From assembly GCA_963845565.1 (NCBI GenBank), contig CAWJSJ010000001.1, forward strand, positions 608,001 through 672,000: DNA of 64,000 nt, given 5' to 3'. Made by a program: the position numbers and the translations under genes. Under the pieces are notes generated by a model. It saw only the letters and a list, made by a program, of their open reading frames with translations, was not told the DNA's origin and did not search any database. Shown piece after piece: positions 33,238-44,702 of this stretch (position 1 is its first letter; every line of letters begins with the position of its first letter). Source of the stretch: an uncultured Methylomirabilota bacterium (GTDB lineage: Bacteria; Methylomirabilota; Methylomirabilia; Methylomirabilales; 2-02-FULL-66-22).

Positions 33238-34522
33238 ATGGCCTGGTCCGTTCCCTACGAGCTCTTCCTCAGTCTGCGCTACCTCCGGGCCAAGCGGCGG
33301 TATCGCTCGGTCTCGGTCATCACGGTGATCTCGACGGCCGGGGTGGCGGTCGGGGTGATGGCCCTGATCGTGGTGATGGCCGTGATGAGCGGCTTCGAGT
33401 TCGATCTCCGCAGCAAGATCTTGGGGACCAACGCCCACATCTGGGTCATGCGGTACGGGGAGCGGGGCATCGAGGAGCCGGCCGCGGCGCTGGCGGCGGT
33501 CCGACAGGTTCCGGGGGTCACGGCGGCGTCGGCGTTCACCTATAACGAGGTGCTGCTCACCGCGGCGGGGCGGACCGCGGGCAGCGTGCTGCGCGGGATC
33601 GACCTGGCCTCGGCGCTGGAGGTGACCGAGTTTCGGAAGACCATCAAGACGACCTCCGCCGATCTGGCGGAAGCCCTGCGCAGTCCGCACCCGGTCTTTC
33701 CGCCCGACGGGATTCTGCTCGGGTCGCACCTGGCGGCGACGCTCGGGGTCGGGGTGGGCAGCGCCGTGGACGTGCTCCTGCCTCTCGGAGGGCGATCTTT
33801 CCCCGCTGGGGGTGGTGCCGCGCATGCGGCGCTTCACGGTGGCGGGCGTCTTCCAAGTCGGCTTTGCCGAATTCGACTCCAAACTTGCCATGATCGGCAT
33901 CCCGTCTGCGCAGGCGCTGTTTCGGATGGGGTCGGCCGTCTCGGGAATCGAGGTGCGCGTCACCGACATTTACCAGGCGGCCGGCGTCGCCGACGCGATC
34001 CGGGCGCGGTTGCAGTTCCCTTACTTCACCCGGACCTGGATGGAGCTGAACCGAAACTTCTTCTCGGCGCTGCGGGTCGAGCGGATCGTCATGTTCATCA
34101 TCCTGACGATGATCGTCCTGGTGGCGGCGTTCGGGATCATCAGCACGCTGGTCATGCTGGTCATGCAGAAACGGAAGGAGATCGCCATCCTGAAGTCCAT
34201 GGGAGCCACCAATCGCAGCATCATGGGCCTCTTTGTCGTGCAGGGATTCGTCATCGGGGTGGCTGGGACCGGATTGGGGCTGCTGCTGGGACTCGCAATC
34301 GCGCACAATCTCAATCCGATCGTGGCCGGCGTGGAGTGGCTCTTCGGGTTCAAGGCGTTTCCCCAGGATGTCTATCTGCTGGACAAACTGCCGTCGCGGG
34401 TGCTCTGGCCGGATGTTCTGGCTATCTCGTGCACGTCGGTGTTGATCAGCCTCTTGGCCACCATCCTGCCGTCGCGGCAAGCGGCAGCGGTCGATCCAGT
34501 GGTGGCGATCCGGTATGAGTAG
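33238..34522 (+). CDS. lolE: Lipoprotein-releasing ABC transporter permease LolC/E (one extra base near 33790-33792, probably a sequencing error)
   Basis: GVAVGVMALIVVMAVMSGF; removing one G joins PLG-GDLSPLGVVPRMRRFTV..; KRKEIAILKSMGA; DVY.LD.LP. Confidence 0.88.
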
Positions 34523-34603
34523 GGCGGAGAGCCGAGAGCAGAGAACCTAGCGCCGAGAACCGAGACGAACGCACCGCTGATCGCACGGCGAGACGACTGA
34601 ATA

Positions 34604-35278
34604 ATGCTTGAGTCCATTATTGCGCAGGACGTAAATAAGAGTTTCGCACGGGACGGGGAGCGGGTCGAGGTGCTCACGGGGGTAACCCTCACCGTCGCCG
34701 CGGGCGAACTGGCCGCCATCGTGGGCCCGTCGGGGGTTGGCAAGAGCACGCTTCTGCACCTTCTTGGTGGCCTGGAGCGGCCAACCTCGGGGACCATCCG
34801 CTACGGCGAGACCGATCTGGCAGGGCTCTCCGATCTCGACCTGGCGCGCTTCCGGAACCGGCGGGTGGGGTTCGTCTTCCAATTCCACCATCTCCTTCCG
34901 GAGTTCTCTGCGGCGGAGAACGTGATGCTGCCTCTCCTGATCCGGCGGCTCCCTGCCGCCGATGCGCGGGCGCGGGCCGTGGCGTTGCTGAAGCGGGTGG
35001 GCCTGGGAGAACGGGTTCGGCACCGGCCGGGCGAGATGTCCGGGGGGGAGCAGCAGCGGGTGGCGATCGCGCGAGCGCTGATCGGGGATCCGGCAGTCCT
35101 CCTGGCCGACGAACCGACGGGGAATCTGGACACCAAGACCGGCGGAGAGGTCTTTGAATTGATCCGCGAACTCAACCGCGAGCGGCGGCTGACCTGCGTC
35201 TTTGTCACGCACAACGAGGAGCTGGCCCGACGGACCGACCGGATTCTCCGAATGCTGGACGGCCGGATGCTCGAATAG
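34604..35278 (+). CDS. lolD: Lipoprotein-releasing ABC transporter ATPase
   Basis: GPSGVGKSTLL, GFVFQFHHLLPEF, MSGGEQQRVAIARAL, ADEPTGNLD. Confidence 0.93.
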   Translation: MLESIIAQDVNKSFARDGERVEVLTGVTLTVAAGELAAIVGPSGVGKSTLLHLLGGLERPTSGTIRYGETDLAGLSDLDLARFRNRRVGFVFQFHHLLPEFSAAENVMLPLLIRRLPAADARARAVALLKRVGLGERVRHRPGEMSGGEQQRVAIARALIGDPAVLLADEPTGNLDTKTGGEVFELIRELNRERRLTCVFVTHNEELARRTDRILRMLDGRMLE

Positions 35279-35513
35279 CCAGGGGTTCGTCGGCCGGCGC
35301 ATGGGCCGCTCCGCGCGCGGTCCGCGTCCCGGAAACAAAACATCGACCGATGGCCGCACCCCACGTCATCGGGCCCCTCATACCTGGTCCGATTTCGGCC
35401 TTCCCGTCCTTCCGATCGTCGGGTATACTCCCCATGGAGTACAGGCGTGCCGGATTCCGGCGTTGTGGGCGCCGCCCGGCGGAGGATCAGAGCGTTACGG
35501 CGAGGAGCGAGTT

Positions 35514-37949
35514 ATGTTCGAACGATTTACCGAGCGTGCCCGTAAAGTCATCATTCTGGCCCGCGAAGAGGCGATCCGCCTGGGGCACAATTTCGTCGGG
35601 ACGGAGCATCTGTTGCTGGGGCTCATCCGGGAAGGGGACGGTCTGGCGGTCGCCATCCTGAAGAAGCTGAACGTCAGCATCTCGGCGCTGAAGGCGGAGA
35701 TCGAGAAGGTGGTGGCGGTCGGGACCGAGTTCTCCCCGGCCGGCGAGATCCCCTTCACCCCGCAGGCCAAAAAAGTGCTGGAGTACGCCATCTCCGAGGC
35801 GCGCTCGCTGAGCCACAACTACATCGGCACCGAGCACCTGCTTCTGGGGCTGATCCGCGAGGGCGAGGGGATCGCATCGCTGGTGCTGCGAGATTTCGGG
35901 GTCAGCGTGGCTGCGGCCAAGTCGCAGGCGCAGGAACTGCTCGGGGAGCAAGCGTCCAAGCAGCCGACCGCAAACCGGACGCCGGCCCTGGACGAGTTCG
36001 GCGTGGACTTGACGACCGCGGCCCGACAGGACAAGCTGGATCCGGTGATCGGTCGAGACGCGGAGATCGAGCGGGTCATCCAGGTGCTGAGTCGGCGGAA
36101 GAAGAACAACCCGGTTCTGATCGGCGAGGCGGGTGTGGGGAAGACCGCCATCGTCGAGGGGTTGGCGCTCCGGATCGTGGCCAACAACGTGCCGGAGACC
36201 CTGCTCAAGCGGCGCGTGGTACAGCTGGATCTGGCAGGTATGGTGGCCGGCACCAAGTACCGTGGGCAGTTCGAGGAGCGGTTGAAGGCGGTGGTGAAGG
36301 AGATCCAGCAGGCCAACAATGTGATCCTCTTCATCGACGAACTGCACACCCTGGTGGGGGCGGGCGCGGCCGAAGGCGCCATCGATGCCAGCAACATGCT
36401 GAAACCGGCGCTGGCGCGGGGCGAACTCCAGTGCATCGGCGCCACCACCATGGACGAGTACCGCAAGCATGTCGAGAAAGACCGCGCGCTCGAGCGTCGA
36501 TTCCAGGCCATCCACGTCGGGCCGCCCAGCGTGGACGAGACCATCCGCATTTTACGGGAGATCAAGGATCGCTACGAGACGCACCATCAGGCCCTCATCA
36601 CGGACGAGGCGGTCGTGGCGGCGGCACGCCTTTCGCAGCGGTATATTGCCGATCGGTTCCTTCCGGACAAGGCCATCGACGTGATCGACGAGGCCGGCGC
36701 CCGGGCCCGACTGAAGGGAATGACGCTCCCGGCGGAGCTCCGCGAGATGGAGAACGAGGCGGAGCGGTTGCGGGGACAGAAAGAGGATGCCATCCGCACG
36801 CAAGCGTTCGAGGTGGCGGCACGCCTGCGGGATACGGAGCGCAGGCTGCGGGCGGAGTTGGAAGAACGCAAGACCGAATGGAAGGAGCAGCGCTCCAAGG
36901 CCAAGACGACTGTGACGGACGAGGACGTGGCCTACGTGGTCGCCAAGTGGACCGGAATTCCTCTTCAGCAACTGGAGGAGGCAGAGTCGGCGAAACTCCT
37001 GCGCATGGAATCGGAGCTGGGGCGGCGCGTGGTCGGGCAGGAAGAGGCCATCAAGGCGGTGTCGCGCGCCATTCGCCGTTCGCGGGCGGGGGTCAAGAAC
37101 CCGAATCGCCCCGTCGGGTCGTTCATCTTCCTGGGCCCCACCGGGGTCGGGAAGACCGAATTGGCAAAAGCCCTGGCGGAGTTTCTCTTCGGCACCGAGG
37201 ACGCGCTGATCCGGGTGGACATGTCGGAGTACATGGAGCGTTTCTCGACCTCGCGGCTGATCGGCGCCCCGCCGGGTTACATCGGCTACGACGATTCGGG
37301 TCAGCTGACGGAAAAGGTCCGTCGGCGTCCGTTCTCGCTGGTCCTCCTGGACGAAATCGAGAAGGCCCACCCCGAGGTATTCAACCTGCTTCTCCAGATC
37401 CTGGAGGATGGGCGACTGACCGACAGCTACGGGCGGGTGGTGGACTTCCGGAACGCCATCTTGATCATGACCTCCAACGTCGGCACGCGTCAGTTTACCC
37501 TGCACACGAACCTGGGGTTCGCCAAAGGGGGAGACGAGGCGCACTCCTATGACAAGATGCGAGAGACGGTCTTGAACGAACTCAAGCGGGCCTTCAATCC
37601 CGAACTCCTGAACCGGATCGATGAGGTGACCGTCTTTCACCCGTTGACCATGGCGCACATGCGCCAGATCGTGGAGTTGATGCTGCAGCGGTTGCAGGAG
37701 CAGCTGAAAGAGCGGCAGATGAGCCTTCAGGTGGACGACGAGGCCAAGGATTTCCTCATTCAGCAGGGTTTCGACCCGAACTACGGAGCGCGCCCGTTGC
37801 GTCGGGCAATACAGCGCCACGTGGAGGATGCCCTGGCGGAGGAAGTGCTTCGTGGCCGGTTTCCCGAAGGCGCGGCGGTGCGGATCAAGAAAGGGGACGG
37901 GGCCAGTCTGATTTTCGAAGGAGTCGAGCCGGTCGAGGCGACGTCCTGA
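35514..37949 (+). CDS. clpC: ATP-dependent Clp protease ATP-binding subunit ClpC
   Basis: [12 protein letters not shown], two Clp-N repeats (GTEHLLLGL), [11 protein letters not shown]-type M-domain ([14 protein letters not shown]), GPTGVGKT. Confidence 0.95.
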   Translation: MFERFTERARKVIILAREEAIRLGHNFVGTEHLLLGLIREGDGLAVAILKKLNVSISALKAEIEKVVAVGTEFSPAGEIPFTPQAKKVLEYAISEARSLSHNYIGTEHLLLGLIREGEGIASLVLRDFGVSVAAAKSQAQELLGEQASKQPTANRTPALDEFGVDLTTAARQDKLDPVIGRDAEIERVIQVLSRRKKNNPVLIGEAGVGKTAIVEGLALRIVANNVPETLLKRRVVQLDLAGMVAGTKYRGQFEERLKAVVKEIQQANNVILFIDELHTLVGAGAAEGAIDASNMLKPALARGELQCIGATTMDEYRKHVEKDRALERRFQAIHVGPPSVDETIRILREIKDRYETHHQALITDEAVVAAARLSQRYIADRFLPDKAIDVIDEAGARARLKGMTLPAELREMENEAERLRGQKEDAIRTQAFEVAARLRDTERRLRAELEERKTEWKEQRSKAKTTVTDEDVAYVVAKWTGIPLQQLEEAESAKLLRMESELGRRVVGQEEAIKAVSRAIRRSRAGVKNPNRPVGSFIFLGPTGVGKTELAKALAEFLFGTEDALIRVDMSEYMERFSTSRLIGAPPGYIGYDDSGQLTEKVRRRPFSLVLLDEIEKAHPEVFNLLLQILEDGRLTDSYGRVVDFRNAILIMTSNVGTRQFTLHTNLGFAKGGDEAHSYDKMRETVLNELKRAFNPELLNRIDEVTVFHPLTMAHMRQIVELMLQRLQEQLKERQMSLQVDDEAKDFLIQQGFDPNYGARPLRRAIQRHVEDALAEEVLRGRFPEGAAVRIKKGDGASLIFEGVEPVEATS

Positions 37950-37979
37950 CGCCCATCCTACGGTACGTGATCGGCAGGG

Positions 37980-38007
37980 AAAATTGCCCCCTCGGGGGCA
38001 ATTTTTT
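37980..38007 (+). terminator. Intrinsic terminator after clpC (possibly bidirectional)
   Basis: AAAATTGCCCC-CTCG-GGGGCAATTTT followed by further Ts. Confidence 0.8.
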
Positions 38008-38076
38008 CTTGGCTTTTCGCAGAGATAATGATAATTTGCGCCGGCATTTCTGTGAAAGGGCTGGTCGCAAAGAATT

Positions 38077-40426
38077 ATGATCTGCCATGAACAGTATCCC
38101 GCGCTCGTGACGCCGTCCCGACGATCGCCGCCGCAATTTCTTCCCCAACTTTTCCTCCTGTTGTTGCTCGCCCTGGTTCCGGTTTCGCCGACTTGGGTGG
38201 GTGCGCAGGACCAGCCGATGGTCACGCAAATCGACGTGGTCGGAGCCAAGAAGGTCGAGGAGGCGACGGTCCGCTTCAAGCTCAAGACCCGTGTCGGGGA
38301 CGCATATTCCCCCGAGGTCGTCCGCGAGGATGTCAAGTCGCTGTACGGGCTTGGGTATTTCGAGGACATCGTCGTCCAGGCGGATATCTTCGAGGGCGGC
38401 CTAAAGGTGATCTTCGTCCTACAGGAAAAGCCCAGCATCCAGAAGATCACGATCGCCGGCAACAAGAAGCTTGCCGTTGACAAGATCAAGGGCAAGATCG
38501 ACCTCGTCGAGGGGGCCATCGTTCCGCCGGGAGCGCTGTCCAAGAACGCCGAGAAGATCCGCCTGTTCTACGAGGAGGAAGGCTATTACCAGGCGCGGGT
38601 GGACGGACGGGAGGAGCGCATCTCTCCCCAGGACGTGACGGTGACGTTCGACATCGTCGAGGGGGACAAGTTCGACGTCGGTGAGATCCGGATCGTCGGC
38701 AACAAGTATCTTAAGGAAAAAGACATCAAGGCGAAGCTTCAGACGTCCGAAGTCTTCCTCTGGTTCTTCGGGGGCACGCTCAAGCGCGAGGAGCTTCGCC
38801 GGGACCTGGACCGCATCCGGGCGTATTACCTCGATAACGGATTCCTCGACATTGCCGTTGGAGAGCCGGAAATCCAGATCGACCCGGCCAAAAAGAACCT
38901 ACGGGTGGTGATCACCGTGGACGAGGGGGCCCAGTATCGCATCGGCGAGTTGACGGTGACCGGTGCGCGCCTCTTCCCCGAAGCGGAGATCCGGGGGCTG
39001 CTGCAGAGTCAAAAGGGCGGGATCTTTAGCCGAGAGAAGCTCCAGGCGGACGTGGTGGCGATCACCGACCGGTATGCCGAGTGGGGGTACTTGTTCGCCG
39101 ATGCGGTGCCGGTGACCGATATGCGGCGCGAGGACCGGATCGTGAACGTCTCGCTGGAGGTCACCGAGGGGCGGCAGGCATTCATCAACCGCATCGAGAT
39201 CGTCGGGAACGATCGGACGCGGGACAAGGTGATCCGGCGGGAACTCCCGCTGATCGAGGGCGACGTGTTCAATAGCGCCCTGCTGAAACAGGGCCGACAG
39301 AGACTGGAGGGGATTGGGTTCTTTGAAGAAGTGAAGGTGGAGACGCGACGGGGGACGGCGGAAGACCGGGTGGATGTCGTCGTGGACGTGAAGGAGAAGC
39401 CCACGGGCGCCTTCACCATCGGCGGCGGCTTCAGCTCGGTGGACGGCCTTCATCGGCACGGTGAGCATTTCCCAAAACAACCTGTTCGGGTACGGGAAGC
39501 GGGCCACCGCGGCGGTCCAGATCGGTCAGAACGCCAACCGCTTCAATTTAGTGTACAGCGATCCCCATTTCTGGGACAGCGACTTCCTGTTCGAAGCCCG
39601 GGCGTTCAAGACGGCCACGTCGAACTACGAAGACACGCAGGGGTACAACACCCAGACCACGGGTGGGGTGATTTCGTTTGGACGCATGCTCTTCGGCCAG
39701 GTGTTCGGCTTGTTGTCCTACACTCTCGAGAACGTTGTGCTCACGGATATCCAACCCTTCGCGCCGATCATCATCCAGGAGCAGGCGGCGCAGAACAACG
39801 GCGACTCGACGACCAGTGCGCTGTCCCTCGCGCTCACCCGGGATACCCGGGATTCGTTCGCCGAGCCGACCCGCGGGAACAAGACACGCGTCGCCGCCAC
39901 ATACGCGGGCGGCTTCCTCGGGGCGGAGAACAATTTTACGAAGTATTCCGTCGAATCCTCGCAATACTGGCCGATCTGGTGGAAGCTGGTGGGCAATCTG
40001 CGGGGCACGTTCTGGTATGGGGACTCCTTCGAGGACACCCCGGTCCTGCCCGCGCAAGAGCGGTTCTATTTGGGCGGCGCCAACACCATCCGCGGTTTCA
40101 AGAATTTCACCGTCAGCCCGAAGTCGCCGGTGACCGGCGGATATACCGGCGGGAACAAAGCGTACTTCGTCAACACGGAGATTATCTTTCCATTGTACGA
40201 GCCCTTGCGCATGCGGGGCGTGGTATTCTACGACATCGGCAACAACCTGGCGGAGCTCGCCAGCCTCGGCGACCTGTTCACGCAGCAGCCTCGGCAGGGA
40301 GCCGGCATCGGTATTCGGTTCAACTCCCCCATGGGGGCGATTCGGCTGGAGTGGGGCTTCAACTTGGACCGGCGCGAAGGGGAACGGTCGCAGGTCCTGT
40401 ACTTCACGGCGGGCGGGGCGTTCTGA
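38077..40426 (+). CDS. bamA: Outer membrane protein assembly factor BamA (one extra base near 39447-39450, probably a sequencing error; start uncertain)
   Basis: Signal-peptide-like N-terminus, POTRA repeats (GNDRTRDKVIRRE), barrel in the +1 frame with NLFGYG, GGANTIRGF, SPMGAIR and C-terminal F. Confidence 0.92.
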
Positions 40427-40528
40427 GGAGCGACGCTCTGGGGGCACGCGTCGTTTCGCGCACGGCGCGCGGCGACCGAATCTGTGTCGGGGCGGGAACG
40501 ACACGGGGAACAGGAGGGATAGGCGAAA

Positions 40529-41074
40529 GTGAAGACGGGGTATGGAACCAGCGGGCGGCGCGTCGCCATTCTCGGGGCGGGGCTGGCGTTGATCGTGGCG
40601 TGGGGGGGTGTGGGGTGGGCCGCGCAGTCAATTCGAGTGGGCGTGGTGGATGTCCAGCAGATCCTGAACCAGTCGCAGCGCGGGCAGGTCTTGAAGCAGA
40701 AGTTGGAACAGGAGCGGACCGGTCGGCAAAAAGAGCTGGATGCGCGACAACAAGAGCTGCTCAAGCTCCAGTCGGAGTATGAGAAGCAATCCCCGGTCCT
40801 GAGCGAACAGGCCAAGCGGGAAAAGAAGGAGTCCATCGAGCGGCGCGTTCGGGACGCCCGCCGGGTGGCCGAGGACGCCAACCGCGACTTCGAGAAGAAG
40901 GTGCGCGACGCGGAGATGGAAACCACCCGGGAGATTTTTTCGGTTATCCAAGAGTACGGGAAGGACCAAGGGTTCAGCCTGATCCTGGAGCGGAGCAGTC
41001 TCATCTTCAGCGCCGCGTCGGTGGATGTGACCAGCGAGGTCATCAAGCGGTACGACGCCAAAGGGGTGAAGTAG
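40529..41074 (+). CDS. skp: OmpH/Skp periplasmic chaperone
   Basis: Signal peptide, IRVGVVDVQQIL, coiled coils, DVTSEVIK; between bamA and lpxD. Confidence 0.9.
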   Translation: MKTGYGTSGRRVAILGAGLALIVAWGGVGWAAQSIRVGVVDVQQILNQSQRGQVLKQKLEQERTGRQKELDARQQELLKLQSEYEKQSPVLSEQAKREKKESIERRVRDARRVAEDANRDFEKKVRDAEMETTREIFSVIQEYGKDQGFSLILERSSLIFSAASVDVTSEVIKRYDAKGVK

Positions 41075-41128
41075 GGTGGCGCGGGAGGACCGGAGCGGGG
41101 GGAGTTCGGCGTTCGAGCGGAGGCCATA

Positions 41129-42154
41129 GTGCGCTTGGGAGAGTTGGCCGAACGACTGGGATGCCGCCTGGAAGGCGACGGCACCGTCGAGATCGTCGGG
41201 GTGCGCGCGTTGGAAGACGCGGGGCCGGCGGACCTCACGTTTGTCACCGAGGCCCGGCACTTGCCCCGTTTGGCGATGTCGCGGGCGGCGGCCGTCTTGC
41301 TGGCCGAATCGTTGCCGGCTGCCCGTCGCCCCGCCTTGCGCACGTCTAATCCCTACCTGACCTTGGCCCACGTCCTCGGCGTCTTTTGTCCGCCGCAGGC
41401 CGGCGTTCCGGGGGTCCACCCGACGGCCGTGATATCGGCCGGTGCCCGCGTGGATGGCACAGCCAGCGTCGGTCCACTGTGCGTGCTTTCCCCGGGAGCG
41501 GAGGTGGGCGCCGGAACGATTCTGGACGCGCAGGTCTTCCTCGGCGTGAACGCGCGGGTTGGGCGGGACTGCCGCCTCTTTCCGCAGGTGACGCTACGAG
41601 AGGGGACCGAGCTGGGCGATCGCGTGGTGGTGCACAGCGGGACGGTGATCGGCGCCGACGGTTTCGGTTACGCGCGCGATGGAGCCCGGTACGTCAAGAT
41701 CCCCCAAATCGGTCGCGTCGTCCTGGAGGACGACGTCGAGATCGGGGCCAATGTGGCCATCGACCGGGCCACGCTCGGAACGACCCGGATCGGTCGGGGA
41801 ACCAAGATCGACAACCTGGTACAGATCGCCCACAACGTCCAGGTGGGCGAAGACACCGTGATCGTGGCCCAGGTGGGAATATCGGGAAGCTCCCGCATCG
41901 GGTCGCGGGTGACGCTTGCCGGGCAAGTCGGGGTGACCGACCACGTTCAGATTGGTGATAACGCCATCGTCGGCGCGCAGGCTGGGGTGAGCAAGGACGT
42001 GCCGGACGGCGCGATCATGCTGGGAGCACCGGCGATTCCCCACCTGGAGTTCAAACGCCAACTCGCCGCTACGGCGCGATTGCCGCAGATGGGCAAGACG
42101 CTCCGGGCGCTGGAGGAGCGTCTGCGGGCGCTGGAAGCACGTCTGGAGCGCTGA
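41129..42154 (+). CDS. lpxD: UDP-3-O-(3-hydroxyacyl)glucosamine N-acyltransferase
   Basis: Hexapeptide repeats, IGADGFGY, KIPQIGRV, IDRAT, KIDNLVQIAHN. Confidence 0.96.
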   Translation: MRLGELAERLGCRLEGDGTVEIVGVRALEDAGPADLTFVTEARHLPRLAMSRAAAVLLAESLPAARRPALRTSNPYLTLAHVLGVFCPPQAGVPGVHPTAVISAGARVDGTASVGPLCVLSPGAEVGAGTILDAQVFLGVNARVGRDCRLFPQVTLREGTELGDRVVVHSGTVIGADGFGYARDGARYVKIPQIGRVVLEDDVEIGANVAIDRATLGTTRIGRGTKIDNLVQIAHNVQVGEDTVIVAQVGISGSSRIGSRVTLAGQVGVTDHVQIGDNAIVGAQAGVSKDVPDGAIMLGAPAIPHLEFKRQLAATARLPQMGKTLRALEERLRALEARLER

Positions 42155-42177
42155 GGTTCTGTTCGCGGGGGAGGCTC

Positions 42178-42660
42178 ATGGCCGATGTGATCGAGATTCA
42201 GGCGGTGTTGCCCCATCGGTATCCGTTCCTCCTGGTGGATCGGATCCTTGAGATCGAGCTGGGCAAACGAGTGGTGGGTCTGAAGAACGTGACGATCAAC
42301 GAGCCGTTTTTCGCGGGCCATTATCCCGGGCACCCGATCATGCCCGGCGTCCTCATCCTGGAGGCCATGGCGCAGGTGGGCGGGTTCCTGCTGATGCGAA
42401 GTTTGAACCTGCGTGCCGTGAACAAGGTCCTGTATTTCACCGGGATAGACCATGCCCGTTTTCGGCGGCCGGTGGTGCCCGGGGATCAGATTCGTTTCGA
42501 GGTGGAATTGGTCCAGCGGCGGCGACATGTGTGCCGGATGAAGGGTGTCGCGCTGGTGGACGGAAAGACTGCGGCCGAAGCGGAAATGAATGCCGTGGCG
42601 GTGGATCGCGACCCCGAAACGCCTCCGGCCGAAGCGGGCGCGGTCTCGGAGAGAACGTGA
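42178..42660 (+). CDS. fabZ: 3-hydroxyacyl-ACP dehydratase
   Basis: LPHRYPFLLVDR, KNVTINEPFFAGHYP..PIMPGVLILEAMAQ. Confidence 0.97.
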   Translation: MADVIEIQAVLPHRYPFLLVDRILEIELGKRVVGLKNVTINEPFFAGHYPGHPIMPGVLILEAMAQVGGFLLMRSLNLRAVNKVLYFTGIDHARFRRPVVPGDQIRFEVELVQRRRHVCRMKGVALVDGKTAAEAEMNAVAVDRDPETPPAEAGAVSERT

Positions 42661-42871
42661 CCGTCGAATACCCCCGCGGCGACGGCGCCGCCGATGGGAG
42701 TCGTCGAGTGCGGGTCTCGCACCGGATGCTGCAGAAACGGGGTTGCCCCGCCTGCGCCGACCGAAGCCGCCGGGGTCGGTCAGCTGACGCCGTTGTGGTC
42801 TCCCCACCCGTGATCCGTCCTTGAACGACGCATTCACGTGCTCCTCGCCCGGGAGCGGATCGATCTCTCCT

Positions 42872-43672
42872 ATGACTGCGGTCGGGATCATCGCAGGCGG
42901 AGGACGGTTGCCCTTTGTGGCGGCAGCGGAGGCGCGGGCTCGCGGTCTTCGGGTCGTTGCAGTCGGCATCCGGGGCGAGACCGATCCGGCGCTCGCCGAT
43001 CAGGTGGACGTGCTCCACTGGGTCCACTTCGGGCAGTTCGGCGCCGTGATCAAGAGCCTGCGTCGGGAAGCCGTGGCGGACGTGCTGCTCCTCGGCAAGG
43101 TCGAGATCACGCACATATTTTCCAACATCCGCCCCGACCTCTTGGGCGCGCGGGTCCTTCTCAAGGCGCGAGACCTGCGCGGGGACAGCCTGCTCGAAGC
43201 GGTCGTGGAGATCCTGGACGGGGAAGGCATCCGGGTATTGGAAACCCCGCCGTTTCTCGGTCCGATCTTGCTGCCGCCGGGTGTCCTGACGCGGCGGGCA
43301 CCGAGTGCGCGCGAGCAGAAGGACATTCAACTGGGCCGGGAGATCGCGCGTCAGATTGCCGGCCTTCGGATCGGACAGACTGTGGTGCTGAAACGGGGAA
43401 CGGTGCTGGCGGTGGAGTCGGTCGAAGGGACGGATGCGGCCATTCGCCGGGGCGGTGAGCTCGGCCGCGGCGGGGTTGTGGTCGTCAAGGTCGGGCGCGC
43501 CGATCAGGACCTCCGTTTCGACCTGCCGACCATCGGTCCGGGGACGCTGGGTCCCCTCCAGGACGCCAGCGCCACGGCGCTGGCGTTGGAGGCGGGACGA
43601 AGCCTCCTGGTGGACCGGGAGCAATTCGTCGCCGGGGCGAACGCGTTGGGCCTGACGGTGGTCGTGGAATAG
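42872..43672 (+). CDS. lpxI: UDP-2,3-diacylglucosamine diphosphatase LpxI (DUF1009)
   Basis: GIIAGGGRLP, IGQTVV..VLAVESVEGTD, QDLRFDLPTIG, LALEAG. Confidence 0.92.
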   Translation: MTAVGIIAGGGRLPFVAAAEARARGLRVVAVGIRGETDPALADQVDVLHWVHFGQFGAVIKSLRREAVADVLLLGKVEITHIFSNIRPDLLGARVLLKARDLRGDSLLEAVVEILDGEGIRVLETPPFLGPILLPPGVLTRRAPSAREQKDIQLGREIARQIAGLRIGQTVVLKRGTVLAVESVEGTDAAIRRGGELGRGGVVVVKVGRADQDLRFDLPTIGPGTLGPLQDASATALALEAGRSLLVDREQFVAGANALGLTVVVE

Positions 43673-43729
43673 GCGACGGCGGCAGCGCCCGGACCGGCGG
43701 AGATGCGCCGATTGGCCTGCGGGAGCGGT

Positions 43730-44665
43730 ATGGACGCCAACCTGCCGAAGGTGAAGGTTGCAGTCATCGGAGTAGGCCATCTCGGGCAACACCACGCCCG
43801 GATTTATTCCGAGCTTCCCGGCGTGGAGTTGGTGGCGATCGCGGACACCTCGGAGGCGCGGCGCCGAGAGGTGGGGGCGCGTCTTCGGGTGCCGACCGTC
43901 GCGGACTACCGATCCTTGATCGGCACGGTGGACGCCGTGAGCGTGGCGGTGCCGACAGCCGCCCACTATCCGATTGCGCTGGCGTTCCTGCAGGCGGGAA
44001 GCGATGTGTTGGTGGAGAAACCGATTACCCAGACCGTGGGTGAGGCCGATGTCCTGATCGCCGCTGCCAAGGGCGGCCGGATCCTGCAGGTCGGCCACAG
44101 CGAACGTTACAACGGGGCGGTCCAGGCTCTGTCGGAACGTGTGCACGATCCGGGATTCATTGAAGTGCATCGCATGGGGCCCTTTCCGAACCGCGGGACG
44201 GACGTGGATGTCGTGCTCGATCTCATGATTCACGACATCGACATCATCCTCACGCTCGTCAAATCGCCGGTGACCGCGGTCAGCGCCGTGGGGGTTCCCG
44301 TGGTCTCCGGGCAGGTGGACATCGCCAATGCTCGCCTGGAGTTCGCTTCGGGTTGCGTGGCCAATATCACGGCCAGCCGGGTCAGCGGGGAGCGGCTGCG
44401 CAAGATCCGCGTGTTCCAGCGCGACACGTACTTCGTCCTGGACTACGCCAACCAGGAACTGAACCTGTTCCGAAAAACCGTGGGCGACGCCACCAGTAAG
44501 ACCCGATTGACACGGATCGAGATCCCGGTGGCCCGCGTGGAGCCGCTGCGTCAGGAGCTCAACGACTTCCTGGAGAGCGTTCGACTGCGGCGGCGCCCTC
44601 TGGTGTCCGGGGAGGCCGGACGGGAGGCGGTGGCGGTCGCCACGCAGATCATCGAGCGTCTGTGA
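43730..44665 (+). CDS. Gfo/Idh/MocA oxidoreductase, GnnA-like (UDP-GlcNAc 3-dehydrogenase candidate)
   Basis: VIGVGHLGQHHAR, LVEKP, QVGHSERYN, DVVLDLMIHDID, DIANARL..ANITASR; between lpxI and lpxB. Confidence 0.85.
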   Translation: MDANLPKVKVAVIGVGHLGQHHARIYSELPGVELVAIADTSEARRREVGARLRVPTVADYRSLIGTVDAVSVAVPTAAHYPIALAFLQAGSDVLVEKPITQTVGEADVLIAAAKGGRILQVGHSERYNGAVQALSERVHDPGFIEVHRMGPFPNRGTDVDVVLDLMIHDIDIILTLVKSPVTAVSAVGVPVVSGQVDIANARLEFASGCVANITASRVSGERLRKIRVFQRDTYFVLDYANQELNLFRKTVGDATSKTRLTRIEIPVARVEPLRQELNDFLESVRLRRRPLVSGEAGREAVAVATQIIERL

Positions 44666-44702
44666 CGGCGCCGGGGTGACTGGGGCAGCAGGGTGCGGCG
44701 GA

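Noticed and set aside
34525..34600. Short CCGAGA/GAGAAC repeats between lolE and lolD
   Set aside because: Degenerate low-complexity intergenic sequence with no regular repeat-spacer structure; not a CRISPR array.
38077..40426. bamA, lolE and waaF as true pseudogenes or programmed frameshifts
   Set aside because: These are essential or otherwise intact genes, with no slippery or recoding signals and the same +1 error pattern in five genes.
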